A stretch of DNA of 61,436 nt, counting the filler, from Choristocarpus tenellus KU-1152 (taxonomy: Eukaryota; Protista; Phaeophyceae), in the NCBI GenBank assembly GCA_964200185.2. It is 14 parts of 14 records of this genome, joined end to end, with 100 filler letters (N's around TTAATTAATTAA, not from the genome) between each part and the next. Parts side by side here need not be neighbours in the genome. Positions count along the whole stretch, not along the records: positions 1 to 6,904 come from CAXNAD020007096.1; positions 7,005 to 9,525 come from CAXNAD020027113.1; positions 9,626 to 12,411 come from CAXNAD020024768.1; positions 12,512 to 19,110 come from CAXNAD020007786.1; 10 more parts are not named here. One strand, written 5' to 3'. Shown piece after piece: positions 1 to 12,955 of this stretch (its first letter is position 1; each line of letters begins with the position of its first letter). Made by a program: the position numbers and the translations under genes. The notes beneath the pieces are model-generated. The model did not search any database and was not told the DNA's origin. It saw nothing but the letters and a program-made list of their open reading frames with translations.

Positions 1-71
1 ACGTAGGATTTTGGGTGTTTTGATGATTTTTTTTTTTTTTGGTTGTTTTTTGTGTTTGTGTTTGTTTGTGT

Positions 72-206
72 TCTACACCGGAGTGTCCATTTGAACCAAA
101 ACCAGGAAAAGTGCAGTTTCATTATCCATCCTACGTACGGAACCAAATCACCCAAAAATCGAGACATGAAAAAATTGATCCAAAATGGACAGCCGCCACC
201 CCCCCC
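72..206 (-). mobile_element. MITE family B, copy with eroded ends
   Basis: Reverse complement of the B core seen at 4558-4740, 36260-36440 and 38734-38909. Confidence 0.85.
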
Positions 207-274
207 TATGTTGAACCTTAAGGAAGAGTTTTTGAGTTGTTTCTTACTTTTTTTTTTGTTCTCTCCTATTACAG

Positions 275-658
275 GCGGTCGGGTACCCTATATATCCTTC
301 TCCCCTCTGCCCCTTCTTCTGTTTCCAAGGTTGTCAAGATTTTGAAATGCGTGAAAGGAAGGGAAAAAAGAAAAACAAGAACACGGCACTTCCATGATTC
401 TCGCCGCATTTTTCATCGACCCTGTACTGCTTTCCTCTCTGAATTTGGCTCTCTGGCAGGGATGCACCCACAGGTTACGACCTCCTGTGTAAATGTGGGG
501 CAGAGGCACTACTCCGTACTAAGGGCTTTTTCAGAGTGGACACCTCATCAGGTCAAGCAATTGACCTCCTCAGCAGGATGCTTGATGAAGATCCTAAGCG
601 CCGTTTTTATTCTGCTAAACACGTCGCTAGTCAACCCTTTTTCCTAGATTCCCCTTGA
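275..658 (+). CDS. Ser/Thr protein kinase, last two exons (275-329, 460-658)
   Basis: AG acceptors end at 274 and 459, and phases are compatible. The last exon reads DAPTGYDLLCKCGAEALLRTKGFFRVDTSSGQAIDLLSRMLDEDPKRRFYSAKHVASQPFFLDSP*, matching kinase subdomain XI (AxDLLxxML.xDPxxR..A...HPFF). The first exon (GGRVPY...) is less certain. Confidence 0.75.
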
Positions 659-3168
659 ACTTTTCCTTTGTTAAGGTTACACCGCTGTCAACGCTCCAGT
701 CAGGTGTCTTTTTTTTGGTGGCAGGTTGCTTCTTGCGTTCTTTAGTCTCCTTTTGCTAGGTACACACACTGCAGCTTTGTGCTGCATAGAACTTTTTTTG
801 TTTTGTTCTCTGTTCTGGAAGCTGTGGTTACCGTGGAAGTTGGGTGAAGCTAGAGTGTTACGTTGCTCTTGCTCAGTAGGAGGGATGTAGGTAGTGAGTA
901 ATGCGTTGCGCAAACGATTTTTCTTATTTTTACTTACGTTGCCATTTATTTGTGGCATGTCTGTACCAGTCACACAACGCAGGTATTTGATGTGCATGTG
1001 TGCAGATGTGTCTGGTGCCGAGGTAGTGATGTGAAGTTGTAGGTTTTCTATTTGAAGACAGTGCATGTGTTTCATTGATGTATTTACATGTGGGTGAATA
1101 TTCATTTTTGTCTGCTTGAGATAGCCCTTCCCTTGTTCTCCCCCTTCGCCTGTTGGTCGAATTATTTGCGGGCTGCTGATACCTTCCATACATTTACTGA
1201 TGAGATTTTTTTGGCCAAATGAATGTGCTACACTGTTCATCAAACTGACAGCATTTGGAAAGAGGGTTTTAGAGAATCCTTTGGCGTAGGTCTGAGAAAT
1301 ATATGGTGTATTACACTGTCGTGAGATGGAAGTTGTTTGTTACTGCTGTGGATTAGTGTTGGAACAGTCATGAGAGGGTAGAATTTGGAGGAGGAAGAGG
1401 ATTAAATGGCCAAACAGTTTCATGGTTTGAACAAGAAGCAGAACCTGAGTCTGAGGTACTCTCTGCTTTGTGGGGGGGGGGGGATGAATATTCCAGGCAA
1501 GGACTTTAATATATTGTTTTGTTAGTAGTATGCAAAAGAGAGCTATTCCAATAGTCTTTTCATTATGTTGTATGGATGTATTTATTAGCGGAGTGAGCAC
1601 TATCCCTTGAGGTAGGGGGTGCTCTCTCTTATTATCTTACTGCACACGTCAGCAGACACATCAAAAATGTGTTCTGCCGTTAGTCGTACTATGTCACTTA
1701 TCCTGTGTAACTAGTACTACGTCAGTAATCATCCGAGATTCGGAACTATTACTTAAAGCACACGGAAATAAGTCATTGACACTTATTCTACTTAGTCAAC
1801 ATTTCTGTTGTCTAGTAGTGGTCACTAAACGCATAAGAGCCTATAGACTAACTAGCCTATACTGCACAAGTAGATGCATATGCTCGTCTATCAAATTGAA
1901 ATAATAATGTAAGTTATGAAAGCTCTTGGTATGTTGTTTCTACACAGTAAACTCTGACATGGAGTTACTCGCTAAAATGTTGCAACTGCTTCAAAAGGCC
2001 TCTCTCAAATTGATCGTGTGCTTGTTCTTCCAGTAGATTCTCCATCGTGGTCTTTGCATGGTCTTTAATTGATTTACCTATCTTTTCTATGCGGTTGTCC
2101 TTTCAAACAAGGTGAAAGTAAGAACAACGGCAAAGAGAGCCCATGGTCTGACATATTGTAGAAATGCATGTATGTATGAGGTAACTGGGTTGTCCCAGCC
2201 ATCTCTCATTGACATTACAGCCAGTCAAAGCCTCACTTACCCCACCACAGTTCCTGGCCTCTGCACTTACTTCACCCACCGCGTGATGAAAAATCAAGTG
2301 TCAATAGTTTTGTCAAATACCAAACTTAACACTACTACGCAATCTATTTGTTACCGATAGGTCATACACATGGAGATCAAGGATTGACCATCAAGTGGTT
2401 GCTGTTTGCTGTTTTGATAACGTTGTTCGATGCAAATTGGTGGATATTTTGGAGCTATTGTCAAATGCCCTCTCGTCGCTTCTACCTGTAGTTCATTTTT
2501 TTTACATTGAGTGGATGATTGACGCAGAAACTGGATTCATTTCATCCTGTCTGGTAGGGTGCCGGTATGCCTCCATTTAGAATTCCCTGTTAGCCACTTT
2601 GGAGTTGAAGATATGCACTGGTTCCACAGTAATGCATGTACATTTAGCTAGGTCATCTCCCTTGTCACAGCCCGAACACTCACCTGAGGCACACCCAGCC
2701 CCCTTTGCATCTTCTTACTCGTGCTCCTGTAGTGCTATGGCAGCTGGTTGATGGAGGTTTTCTTCCTCTTTTTTGCTAGGCACGATCCACCCCTTCTGTG
2801 CTTTTTCTTTTGAAGCTATTGGAAACACTGTGGGACCTCTCATTGGCAAATATCTTTTCTTGCTCACTTTTCCGCAGCACAGGTCACTCGGGTATGCCCA
2901 TCGGGCACACAAACCCACTCTGCCCCCCTTCCCCTGGCGCCACTGGAGAACAGTGTGCGACTCCTAACTGGACCCCCTCATCTTTCCCCCCTGATGCACC
3001 CCCCTCTCTGTACCCGTGAGGTTTCTGCAGTAGTACACCATCCTGGTCATGGGAGGTTGGTAATAGTAACCCATTATGGTTGTTCCAAGTGAGATATGAA
3101 GAAGAGTACTCAACAGGATTATTGCTCTATAGGTCAGAGGCACTACACAGTACACTGCTTCTCGTTGC

Positions 3169-3513
3169 AGTGCACAGGGGAGCCCCCCTGTCTTCGGGAG
3201 CCCCATTGTCATACCTTTTTTTTTGCACTTTTTGTACACATTTTCGAAAACCTAACCCTAACCCTAACTTGCGTGTGAAAAATATCCGTAACCAATGAAG
3301 GAAGCATTCTAGAAGAAGTGGTGGAGGAGTATGGTGTGCACTGGGGACCCACAACCCCTCAAGGACCCACCACCTTTTACTTTTCATACTCATTTTCGAG
3401 AATCTGACCCTAACACTAGCCTCTGTGTGAAAAATAACCCCAATCTTTGTTTGAAGAAGTAAAAAAGTAGACAGTGGGGGTTCCCCAAGGACAGGGGGGC
3501 TCCCCTGTGCACT
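3169..3513. mobile_element. MITE-like element E (about 345 bp)
   Basis: Perfect 24-bp inverted repeat AGTGCACAGGGGAGCCCCCCTGTC ... GACAGGGGGGCTCCCCTGTGCACT, extending imperfectly to about 40 bp. No clear target-site duplication (TSD). Confidence 0.65.
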
Positions 3514-4311
3514 TCCTCATAATAATATCTACTTCCTGTTTGTAAGTAGCTTAATGCACTACTACCACTATTTATTGTACTACCTTTGTGTTTTGCTTTC
3601 TTGCGCATTAGGCTCATCCATCCCACCACTTGTCCTTCTGCCTCCTCGAATAATCTTGTACACGACCCACAAGAGCAGTTCACTCGGCAATGAAGCCTCT
3701 TGCCACCTTGTTTTTGGTTTGGTATTATCTTATGGAGTAGCGACACATAGGATATAATATGGGAACCATCGAACCTGGAAAATTCATTCAGGGAACAATC
3801 CCCCTCAACCACTTGGCTCCAAATACGCCCATCTGAGTAGAGGTCTGATCAAGGGAGGACAGATCAGTCTACACTACTGCTGTTCTTAGCGAAGATCTAT
3901 TTTTTGGTGGGTCTTGGTCTGGCTCTCTTTTTCAGACTGGGATTACCCAATATGATTTTGTTCTCAATTCTCAATCCCACTGCCCACATCTTAGCCTCCA
4001 CACACATATTTTGCTTTGCTCACGAGTTCTGGATAAATTAATTAGCCTCCTCTTAGCCTTCCATCCAATCCCCTCCTCAACCAATGTAACGCCACTTCTT
4101 TCTTCCACACACTATCCTTGCTACCCCACAAACTACGTGGCCAATTCCATATCTCCAGCCACCAACCAATGAAGCCATTTTCCACAAATCCACTCCACCT
4201 CCCTCTACAATACCCCATCTTTCTCCACACCACTCTCCACCACACAACTTTACACAAACCCTCATTCATCCAAGAACACCCTCCAATCATCCCCTTCAAT
4301 ACCATGCCTTT

Positions 4312-4748
4312 GAGTTCAAAGTATCTTAGAGGGTACGAATTTTGCCATGTTTGTCCATTTGGGGCTTGGCTTCCCTCAGGGATTTTATGACATTTTCCTA
4401 CTCCAAAATATATGGGAGTAGGTAAAATGTTAATGTTATGAAAAGGTGTGTCCGGAACAAGGATAATGACACTTCCTAACAAACACGATAGCCAATATTA
4501 CATCGAAATCGCAACATTGGATTTTGGCCCCCAAATGGACGCGACTCTAACCTCTTTGGTTCAAAGTATCTGGGGGGGGGGGGTGGCGGCTGTCCATTTG
4601 GGGTCAATTTTTTCATGTCGCGATTATTGGGTGATTTGGTTGCATAACGCCGGATGGATAATGCAAGCCCACCTTTTCAGGTTTTGACCCAAATTGACAC
4701 CCTCGTGTAAACAGCCCTCCCCCCCGAGATATTTTGCGTCTTTGGTTC
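4312..4748 (+). mobile_element. MITE family A with a family B copy (4558-4740) nested in its right TIR
   Basis: A begins GAGTTCAAAGTATCTTAGAGGGTA. B is flanked by TTT at 4555-4557 and 4741-4743. The A terminus resumes as GGTTC at 4744-4748. Confidence 0.85.
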
Positions 4749-5597
4749 AACCAGATTACATCTACCCCACCCGAACATGACCTCACAATTGGGTTGTGCT
4801 GAAACATAGACTACTCATCTTTTTGTGTTGTTGATACTATACAGTATTACCAGTTCATGCTGATTATTGATGGGCACATCAGTACTAGTCGTTACTCACC
4901 TTTTACATAATTGATACTACGCCATAGGATCATCAATCATATCTACATGTAACTACTCTTGGAGGTAAATGGAAAGCACATACAGCAAGGGTGTCGTTCT
5001 GTTATCATTCGGGGAGAGGTGTAAAGTGCCTACGACCATGTTTGCTCGATATAAAACAGGTTTCTCTTATCACGATCCCTCCGTTTAAGAGAAAAGCGCT
5101 CTTATATACAATCAGAGAGGATCGAGATATATGAGAGGGGTTTTTTGCTTGCCCCTACCCTCTCTTATATAGGTACACCGACTGTACCTCATTAGCTCCT
5201 CATCACAACATCATCAATCACCTTCTCAATACCACAGTAGTATATACGAAGGATATGAACAGTCGCTTCCTATATCACACATACAGGCATACCATGTGTC
5301 ACATCCATTCCGTCACATATTGATTCAAGTTTGCCTCCTTGATTCTTCTTTGTTTTCCTTTCTTCTTCTTCACACAAAACGTTGTCAGTTACATATCATG
5401 CGTTGATATTTATTTTTCTTGGCTAGCATCGTCCCCTCATAATTCATCACGCTCACTCTGCAATACGTGTACCGGACACACGCTGGGATGTAATGTAAAT
5501 AGAGTTTAAAACATCCTTCGAAACCCTTCTCTGCTAAGGTGAAAAATCTCTTCACAGAGCATGCATTTCTTCATTTGAGCGTCTCAATGAATGGCCA

Positions 5598-5908
5598 CAC
5601 ATTTCACATCAACCGTAGTCTAGTCTGACTGAGTAAACATGCCGACAGACGTACCAGAACACATTTCATGTCAACCACAATCTGATAGAGTAAAGATACT
5701 GTCAGACGTACCAGAACACATTTCACATCAACCATGGTCTGATGGAGTAAAACATACTGTCAGACGTACCAGAACGAATTCACAGGTGTTTTGTTGCACT
5801 ATGGCACACACCTTTCTCTAAACGTGCTCTAACAACAGCACAACCAAAGACACTTTAACATCAACCATTGTCTGCTTGAGCAGAACATGTCATCAGATCT
5901 ATCAGAAC
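5598..5908. repeat. Degenerate minisatellite, unit about 57-60 bp, three copies plus one displaced copy
   Basis: Recurrent CACATTTCACATCAACC...TCTGA...GAGTAAA...CAGACGTACCAGAAC. Confidence 0.75.
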
Positions 5909-5949
5909 AAATTTCGGTGCTTTGTTAGACTATGGTACCTTTCGTAACA

Positions 5950-6207
5950 GAGTGAAAGTGTCTTAGAGGGTACGAGTAGTTCCTTGTTTGTTCATTTGGG
6001 GTTTGGCTTCCCACGGGTTTTTAATGACATTTTACCTACTCCAAAATGTTTCAGAGCAGGTAAATTGTATACATTATGAAAAGGTGTGTCCGGAACAAGG
6101 ATATTGATATCCCTAACAAACATAATCGCCAAAATTACATCAAAATTGCAACATTGGATTTTGGCCCTCAAATGGACGCAGCTCTACTCTCCAAGATAGT
6201 TTCACTC
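5950..6207 (+). mobile_element. MITE family A, full length
   Basis: GAGTGAAAGTGTCTTAGAGGGTA ... AAGATAGTTTCACTC, with 3-bp direct repeat ACA on both sides. Confidence 0.9.
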
Positions 6208-6865
6208 ACATACTCGACACAGCACAACAATGCACAACATATACAAAATCAGGTTTCAACAATATTTTCTTCACGTATACCAAGGGAGATCCAAGTTTGC
6301 AAACCAAGCATGTTAAAGTATGTGTAGAATCCCAAGTCTTGATAGTGAAATATGTAGAATCGTTCCTTCACAGTTATGTTGTAGTAGGTAGAAAGTTGGA
6401 GCGAGAAACAACATCCAAGCGGGGAGGTTGTCCTTGTCACCAAATCATTCATATTCTATGGATCAGTAATCACTAATCACAAATTTCTGTAAACAATACT
6501 TCCTATTTTCCTGAACCCTTCCATATTCCAGTTCTCAAACCTAAACACATCTACTATCCTTCAGAACACAAACATTGTCTCGTCGTCCTTTTAGTTTGTT
6601 TCTTCTACAGAATCATCTCTTACACATGAATCAAACGCATATTCTTGACACACTCCCCTGCTTTGAACTTCTAGTGAAAAATATCACCTCAAATATAGCA
6701 CGTAACACATCACACATCACACATAATGATATCTGCGTGCCTATCGAACAAATTCTCTGGAAAACCCTTGGCAAAAGATCTGCATGTTGGAATTTCGTAG
6801 GTACATATCCATCAATTTCCTTTCCCTCTCTAGCTGTTGTACATAGTGGTACCTAATGTCTATGT

Positions 6866-6904
6866 GACCCAAAGTATCTGGGAGGGGGGGGGTGTCTACA
6901 CCAG
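6866..6904 (-). mobile_element. MITE family B terminus at contig end
   Basis: GACCCAAAGTATCTGGGAGGGGGGGGGTGTCTACACCAG runs into the spacer. Confidence 0.8.
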
Positions 6905-7004
6905 NNNNNNNNNNNNNNNNNNNNNNNNNNNNNNNNNNNNNNNNNNNNTTAATTAATTAANNNNNNNNNNNNNNNNNNNNNNNNNNNNNNNNNNNNNNNN
7001 NNNN
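6905..7004. other. Artificial contig spacer (first of 13)
   Basis: 44 N + TTAATTAATTAA (stops in all six frames) + 44 N. Others start at 9526, 12412, 19111, 22030, 27248, 30193, 33973, 38928, 41738, 45089, 49183 and 57882. Confidence 0.97.
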
Positions 7005-7956
7005 GGGAGGGAGGGAGAGAGGGTTGATGATGTCGTCGGGTCATGCGTCCTAGTTAGATTTTTTTTTTTAGGGTTGAGAGAGTCCCTTCTCATCAGTGAT
7101 GAGGCCTTTTGTCTATGTGTGTGTGTTTGTTTTTTTTATTCCGAAGGGCTGTTTTTTTTCATGGGCAGTTCTTTCTCGCACGATACATCTCACTATAATA
7201 TATTTAGGGTTAGGGTTAGGGTTAGGGTTTGGCTAAACCTTGTTGGGTTCATGCTTTGGCAGTGTGTTTTGTGGGTAGAGGAGAGTGAAAAGGAACCAAG
7301 CAACCAACGGGATGAGGGTCACTTGATTTATCCCGGTTGAGATTCTTTTACCTCAATTCGGAACACTTTTTTTTTATTTTAGTTATTTATTTATTCTTAA
7401 TGGGGGACACCCAATGCGTGATACCGCCCCTCTGACTATTTTATTATTTTTTGTATACTGTGAAGCCCTGTGAAATAGTATTCTGAGGTAAGTTAAATTC
7501 TAATTTTGTTGTAGTGAAGAGAAGTGAAGTGAAGAATAATTCTTCATTGGCCGTAACCCTAGAATAGTTTCAGCTTAGTATAAATAGCACCAGGATACTA
7601 AGAATAGAAATGGAATACATATATAGTAGTGCATGCAACGAACTATGTCCTCTACCCTCAAGTGATGTCCATATGTGTATAGTTAAGGAAAAAAAATGCT
7701 GCTTGTTCTGAATGGTGTTAGTACACAAGTTTATTCATATCCTAGTGTTTGTTGTCTTCATCACCATGCATGGCGTTCATGCCATGGCCTGAACTTCGTC
7801 TCACTACATCAGTGAGTATCGATAACCCTAACCCTAAGCCAAAGCAGTTGAGAGGTGGTAGACAAGATTGGACCTTTTTGCGTTCTTGGCCGTCTTCCTT
7901 GCCTTGTGCAATACAATCTATTTCTTTCTTTTTTATTTGCCCGATTATTGTACACA

Positions 7957-7994
<38 letters not shown>

Positions 7995-8252
7995 ATTCCC
8001 CCTTTACACACACAAGGTGACACCACAGTTTATCAAGGGCTCTTTCTGCAATTGTACAAATGGCATCTCTTTTGCCCTTGCTCGGGATCCGTTAAATTCA
8101 GCCCTGCCTAACCCTAACCCTAATTGGTTTGACTCATCGCATTAGTGCATTTTGTTTGATTCAGACCGAGGTATACCTCTTGACGACACAACCCCTACAT
8201 TACCTTGGATAGACCCAGTAAAAGAATGCAAGTGACATCTGAGCTAGCTCAC

Positions 8253-8506
8253 TCCTCGCTGTATCCTCCTGGCATTGATGTGGTGGTGTTGTGCAGAAAG
8301 ACTGCCCGTTTCAGTAGTTGTAAGGTCAGCGAATGCCTCAGGTTCAATCCTCGTCGTGATCCTTGACTTTTCCAAGCCTGTGAACCAACATCCACGTCAC
8401 CATCTCCAGGTTTTCGTGTACAGCGTTGGTGATGACATGATGGACCTTGTAACCCTCCCAGCTGGAGGAGCAGGCGGGTCAAAGGGGGGAAAGAGTTCTC
8501 GATAAC
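8253..8506 (-). CDS. Possible internal exon, unknown protein
   Basis: CAG acceptor, GTGAG donor, one open frame (VIENSFPPLTRLLLQLGG...LTLQLLKRAVFLHN...). No recognisable motif. Confidence 0.35.
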
Positions 8507-9343
8507 CTGCCTGGCAGAGTTGGGGGCATCCTCCGCATCAACCCTAACCCTAGATGGACATTGTGGTGGCCTTCTCGTTACATGGATGCTTTTGGGGGGA
8601 AGCGTACTAGTATGAGAAATCAAAACCTCCCTTCCTAGGCACAGATAGACTTTACACTTGTGTGGTTGCTGAGTTGTTCGTTTTGTGATGAGGGTCAAGA
8701 GATGAGCGTGGTGAAGGGTAGGGATAGGATGCCCCCTTTCCCCTCTCATTGACCTTATGTTGTCTGGGGGGCGACTTGTGCTTCAAGGCTGACACTGTCT
8801 GTGGGCATAACCAACGGTGTGTGAGTGCTGCTGACCTTGACTGGTTATCTGGGGTGTGAAAAAAAAATGCATGCAACTATTAATAGATAGATCCTTACAA
8901 TAGAAGAGACTTGTCGTATGCTTGTGTCTTCTCCTCAGTTTCATGCAAACTACAAATATATGGATCTTGTGGTGTGTGGATTGATATTTATTGATGTTTG
9001 TGCGACCGCTATCGGCTGGTGAATTGATTTCGTCATTGTTGTAGTGCCCTTTTGTGTTTTTTTATGGTGTATGTGTGCTCTCACTCTGTCGAAAAATCGT
9101 TCCGACACACACCTGCCTGTTTGTTTTTGAAACCGCGTCGCAGTACAGTTGGTCTCTTGAATGAGAAATCTCTTGCTGTGAAGTCGTACTTAGCTTGGGT
9201 TTTTTCGTGTATGTTTGTGGCCCATTAATCAAGACAACCAAAACTACGTTTGGCCTTTTGGTGGTATCCAGGGTTGTAGTATCGTAGATAGGGGAAGTTT
9301 ATCCCAGGTTGTTCATTCAGGGCTTGATGAGGTGTTGTAAGAT

Positions 9344-9518
9344 GGCTCAAAAGTGTCTAGGGGAGGGGGGTGGCAGCTGTCCATTTGGGATCAATTTTTT
9401 CATATCGCAATTTTTGGGTGATTTGATTCCATGCGTCGGATGGATAATGTAAATGCACTTTTCCTGATTTTGGCCAAATGGACACCCTGGTGTAGAACCC
9501 CCTTCCTCCCCCCCCCCC
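9344..9518 (+). mobile_element. MITE family B near contig end
   Basis: GGCTCAAAAGTGTCTAGGGG...GTCCATTTGGGA...CCAAATGGACACCCTGGTGTAGA. Confidence 0.88.
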
Positions 9519-10539
9519 TTCTTGCNNNNNNNNNNNNNNNNNNNNNNNNNNNNNNNNNNNNNNNNNNNNTTAATTAATTAANNNNNNNNNNNNNNNNNNN
9601 NNNNNNNNNNNNNNNNNNNNNNNNNCTTCGATGATTGATTCCCAGCTAACCCTAACCCTAATTACTACAAAAACGATATTGTACCACATCAATTCTGTGC
9701 CGCTTTTTTCGGGCATGCCCCATGGGTGCACAAAATCGGGGTAGGTACTGTAATCCATACCTATCATACATTTTTCAGAATACAAACATGGTCTCTTCCA
9801 TGATCTGATTGTTTCTTACAGAATCTATTTTTACACAAGAACTAAAAGCATATTCTTGACATCTCTGCTGACGTCGTCAGAGTCTTCCTTTGCCACATCA
9901 TCCAAATCTATGACTGAGTCTTCCAGGCAAAGATGACTCAACTCTGCTCCTTCCTCCAAACCCGAAGATTCTTGCACTTGAACTGGGGTTGTGGATCTCT
10001 CAGTTAACCTCCTTTTTGGAATAGCCACACTGTCTATAATGAAGTCAACAACCATTTCCAGAGTTTTGAACCAACCTTTGGGGGTCTGCCCAAAAACTTT
10101 ACTGAACCAGGTCTGGGCCTTAGAGGACCTTGTGACCTCGCAAAGGGCTTTAACTTTTGCAAGCTCCGTTCTTACCTGGGAATAACCCACGTGATAAACC
10201 CTCTGGACGAGGATTAGTTCCTATATAAACCGGGAGGCGTGCAAAGGTTGAGATGGTGGGCTGTCATGACTGTGGAGGATCACCGATCCAAAGTCGACCA
10301 AGTCGCATCTGACGGGGTTTAAAAACCTCTTGAGACTTTCATATCTGGTGTTTATTGGGATGCCTAGGATGAAGGCCCACCGTCATTTGAGTGGCTCTTT
10401 CATCACGTCATCACCCGTTGGTCATGCTTCTTTGGCCCATAAGTCTGTCTGGGGTCCAGACCCAAACACTTCGGTGAAGAACAGAGTGGTGTCGTGATGC
10501 CTGGAGTTGAGAGGGCGCAAGACTTGGATGCCTTGGGGG

Positions 10540-11660
10540 AGGATGGCGGCGGTCATCGTGGAGGACTTCAGAATTTTTTCAATCACCATTTCCCACCATT
10601 TGAAGGAGCATGACAGTCAGATCGTGTGAGGTGAGTGCATGGACCTTGTACGATGTCACAAGGGGCTATCTGGCTGCCATACACAGGTATCCTCAACAAT
10701 TGGGATGTCCGATTGGCACACTACACATCCTTCCGCAAATGAGCAGTCAACGCTGGGGTCTACCTTGCCTTGTTGTGGAATCTGTGCAAGCGTGAGAAGG
10801 TGAAGATAGTCAAGTGGTGAATTAAGCCAGTTCTCTCAGGCCAGTAGCAGAAAGTCAACAGGGTGGGTTTCGTCATCAGCCACATCCACTGGAGGGGGGG
10901 ACATGGGACATTACTGGACAATCTATATATGTGGATGCATGTGGACGAGAAGTGGTTATACATACATCAAGATGGGCAAGGTGTGAGCCTGCACCCCGCT
11001 GAGGACCCCCCAACCCCCCAGGGCCATGGAATAAGCATTACATTATGAAGATGTTCCTTGCAGCTGTGGCCCGCCACTGGAAGGTCTCCAACGGGGTGTG
11101 GTTGTATGGGAAAATCTGGATCTGGTCAATCGTGGGCACTAAGGTAGCTTAGCGCTCCAGCAAACACTGCCCCAAGGGTACCAAGGTGCTTATGTTAGCC
11201 ACGGCGGATGGGGAGAGGTATAAGAAGCTCATGATCGAGGATATCACCAAGCAATCAGGGCCTACATGCCAAGGCTGCAAGGACACATCATCTTCGTGTA
11301 GAAAGACAAGGCAAAGTCACATACCGAGGGGGGGATCAAGGAGGCAATCGAGGAGGAGGTGAAGAACAACACCGTCATAGAGACCCAGCCAGTCAATTCA
11401 CTGGATCTCAGCATTAATGGCCTGAGATTCTATCCTTCCATCCAGCAACTGAAGGAAGGCGTGGGTGTGACCAACACAGAGGAGGTGGTGGAGGCCACAA
11501 TGGAGGTGTTCAATGTGTACCCCTGGGAGACTCTAGAATGCATCAGGGATAGTCTCTTCGCAGTCTACAGTGAAGTCTGGGGTCCAAGAAGGGTGATAAC
11601 GTCTTCAAAATTTCCCACTTTAGCAAGGAAAAGGCTGAGAAGGCGGGAGAGTTCCCCCTG
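10540..11660 (+). pseudogene. Decayed mariner-like (DD39D-type) transposase
   Basis: Collinear motifs across frames: WMHVDEKWLY (about 10932-10960), KMFLAAVAR, GKIWIWS, A*RSSKHCPKGT, IIFV*KDKAKSH, QPVNSLDLSINGLRFYPSIQ. The family consensus is DEKWF, VMFLAAVARP, GKIGIWP, QQDNARPH, QPPNSPDLNVLDLGFF. Stops and frameshifts present. Confidence 0.88.
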
Positions 11661-12019
11661 AATGCCCCGCTGTGGGTGCTGTGAAATATTGTGCTGGAAT
11701 AGAAATTTGGAGGGTTTCAGGGGTGGAATCATAGATAGGTGTGGGCTGCCCCCCTTTGCATGAGATTTTGGTGGGCAAAATTTTTAGTGCCTGCACAATG
11801 CACCCATAAAATATTAACATGTGAAAAAGAGACTTGCTTCTTCATCGGGACTACAAAAGTTGTGGTACATATATTTCTAAAGAGAGGAAGTAATACAGAC
11901 AAAAACATATATTTTAACGTACGTTACTTCGCGAAAGTAAAGAATAATAACAATAAGAAAAGATAGAAAGGTGGTATAGGAGGAACGAGAGAGAAGGCGT
12001 CAGGTCAAGGAGCACACTC

Positions 12020-12360
12020 ACCATGAAAAAAATGATCATCAATGCTTGTTGCACACCATGCATGTAACAAGACAAAGGGAAGAATGTGTGCAGTAGTACC
12101 CCTCTACTCCATACACATCCACCCTCACTCAAACTGCCACCACATCCATCACAACATCCAGTCCGCCAGACGAGTGGGGACCAGATGCTTTTCCACTACC
12201 ACGACCAACAACATACCTTCCCCTACAAGATCCATCTACACCTGACCTTACCTGCTTCATAGTTGACTGTGACTGCACTGACCACATGGTCGACCCTTTC
12301 CTTATCCACGACACCCATCACTTCCTCTCCCACCTTTCCCCCCTTGCCCTTCCCATCACC
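12020..12360 (+). mobile_element. Ty1/copia gag-protease remnant
   Basis: Similar to 36900-37260, including FIVDCDCTDHM (decayed protease DSG motif). Confidence 0.5.
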
Positions 12361-12955
12361 ATATTGTTAAAGTATCCCCAAAATCATCAAAGAGGATAAA
12401 GGTGATAAACCNNNNNNNNNNNNNNNNNNNNNNNNNNNNNNNNNNNNNNNNNNNNTTAATTAATTAANNNNNNNNNNNNNNNNNNNNNNNNNNNNNNNNN
12501 NNNNNNNNNNNGGGCCCTTGGGGCATTTCCCCCCCCCCCCCTCCCCCCCTCCTCTAAGATCATGGTCTATTTTCTACCACATAGTATCAATTGTGAGTTT
12601 TCAACATCTCACTTTATGTTACATAATATACATTTTCATGATGTGAGAGTATGCTGCCCAAAAACGTTTACTGTAGGAGTATATTTCTGTGATAAGAAAT
12701 TCATCATCAGGAAGTAGACTGCGCATCTCTTCCCTCTGTTGAAGGAAACAACGCCCTAATATTCAAACAACTCACCTCCCAAAAAAACTCACAAAAACCT
12801 TGTGAGTTTTTACAGCAATAGTGGTTCACATAAAAATACAACTGCCCCTCCCCCCCCCCCCCTCCCCCTCCCTAGTTCGCAAAGTCCCATGTTCCTCCCT
12901 CCTCATCTCTACCCTTGGTCCCCTACTCCTGATCCTGAACTCCAACCGAACTTAG

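Noticed and set aside
677-1620. Non-LTR RT remnant (PQGIVLTPL, minus strand)
   Set aside because: Only one weak motif; too decayed to call.
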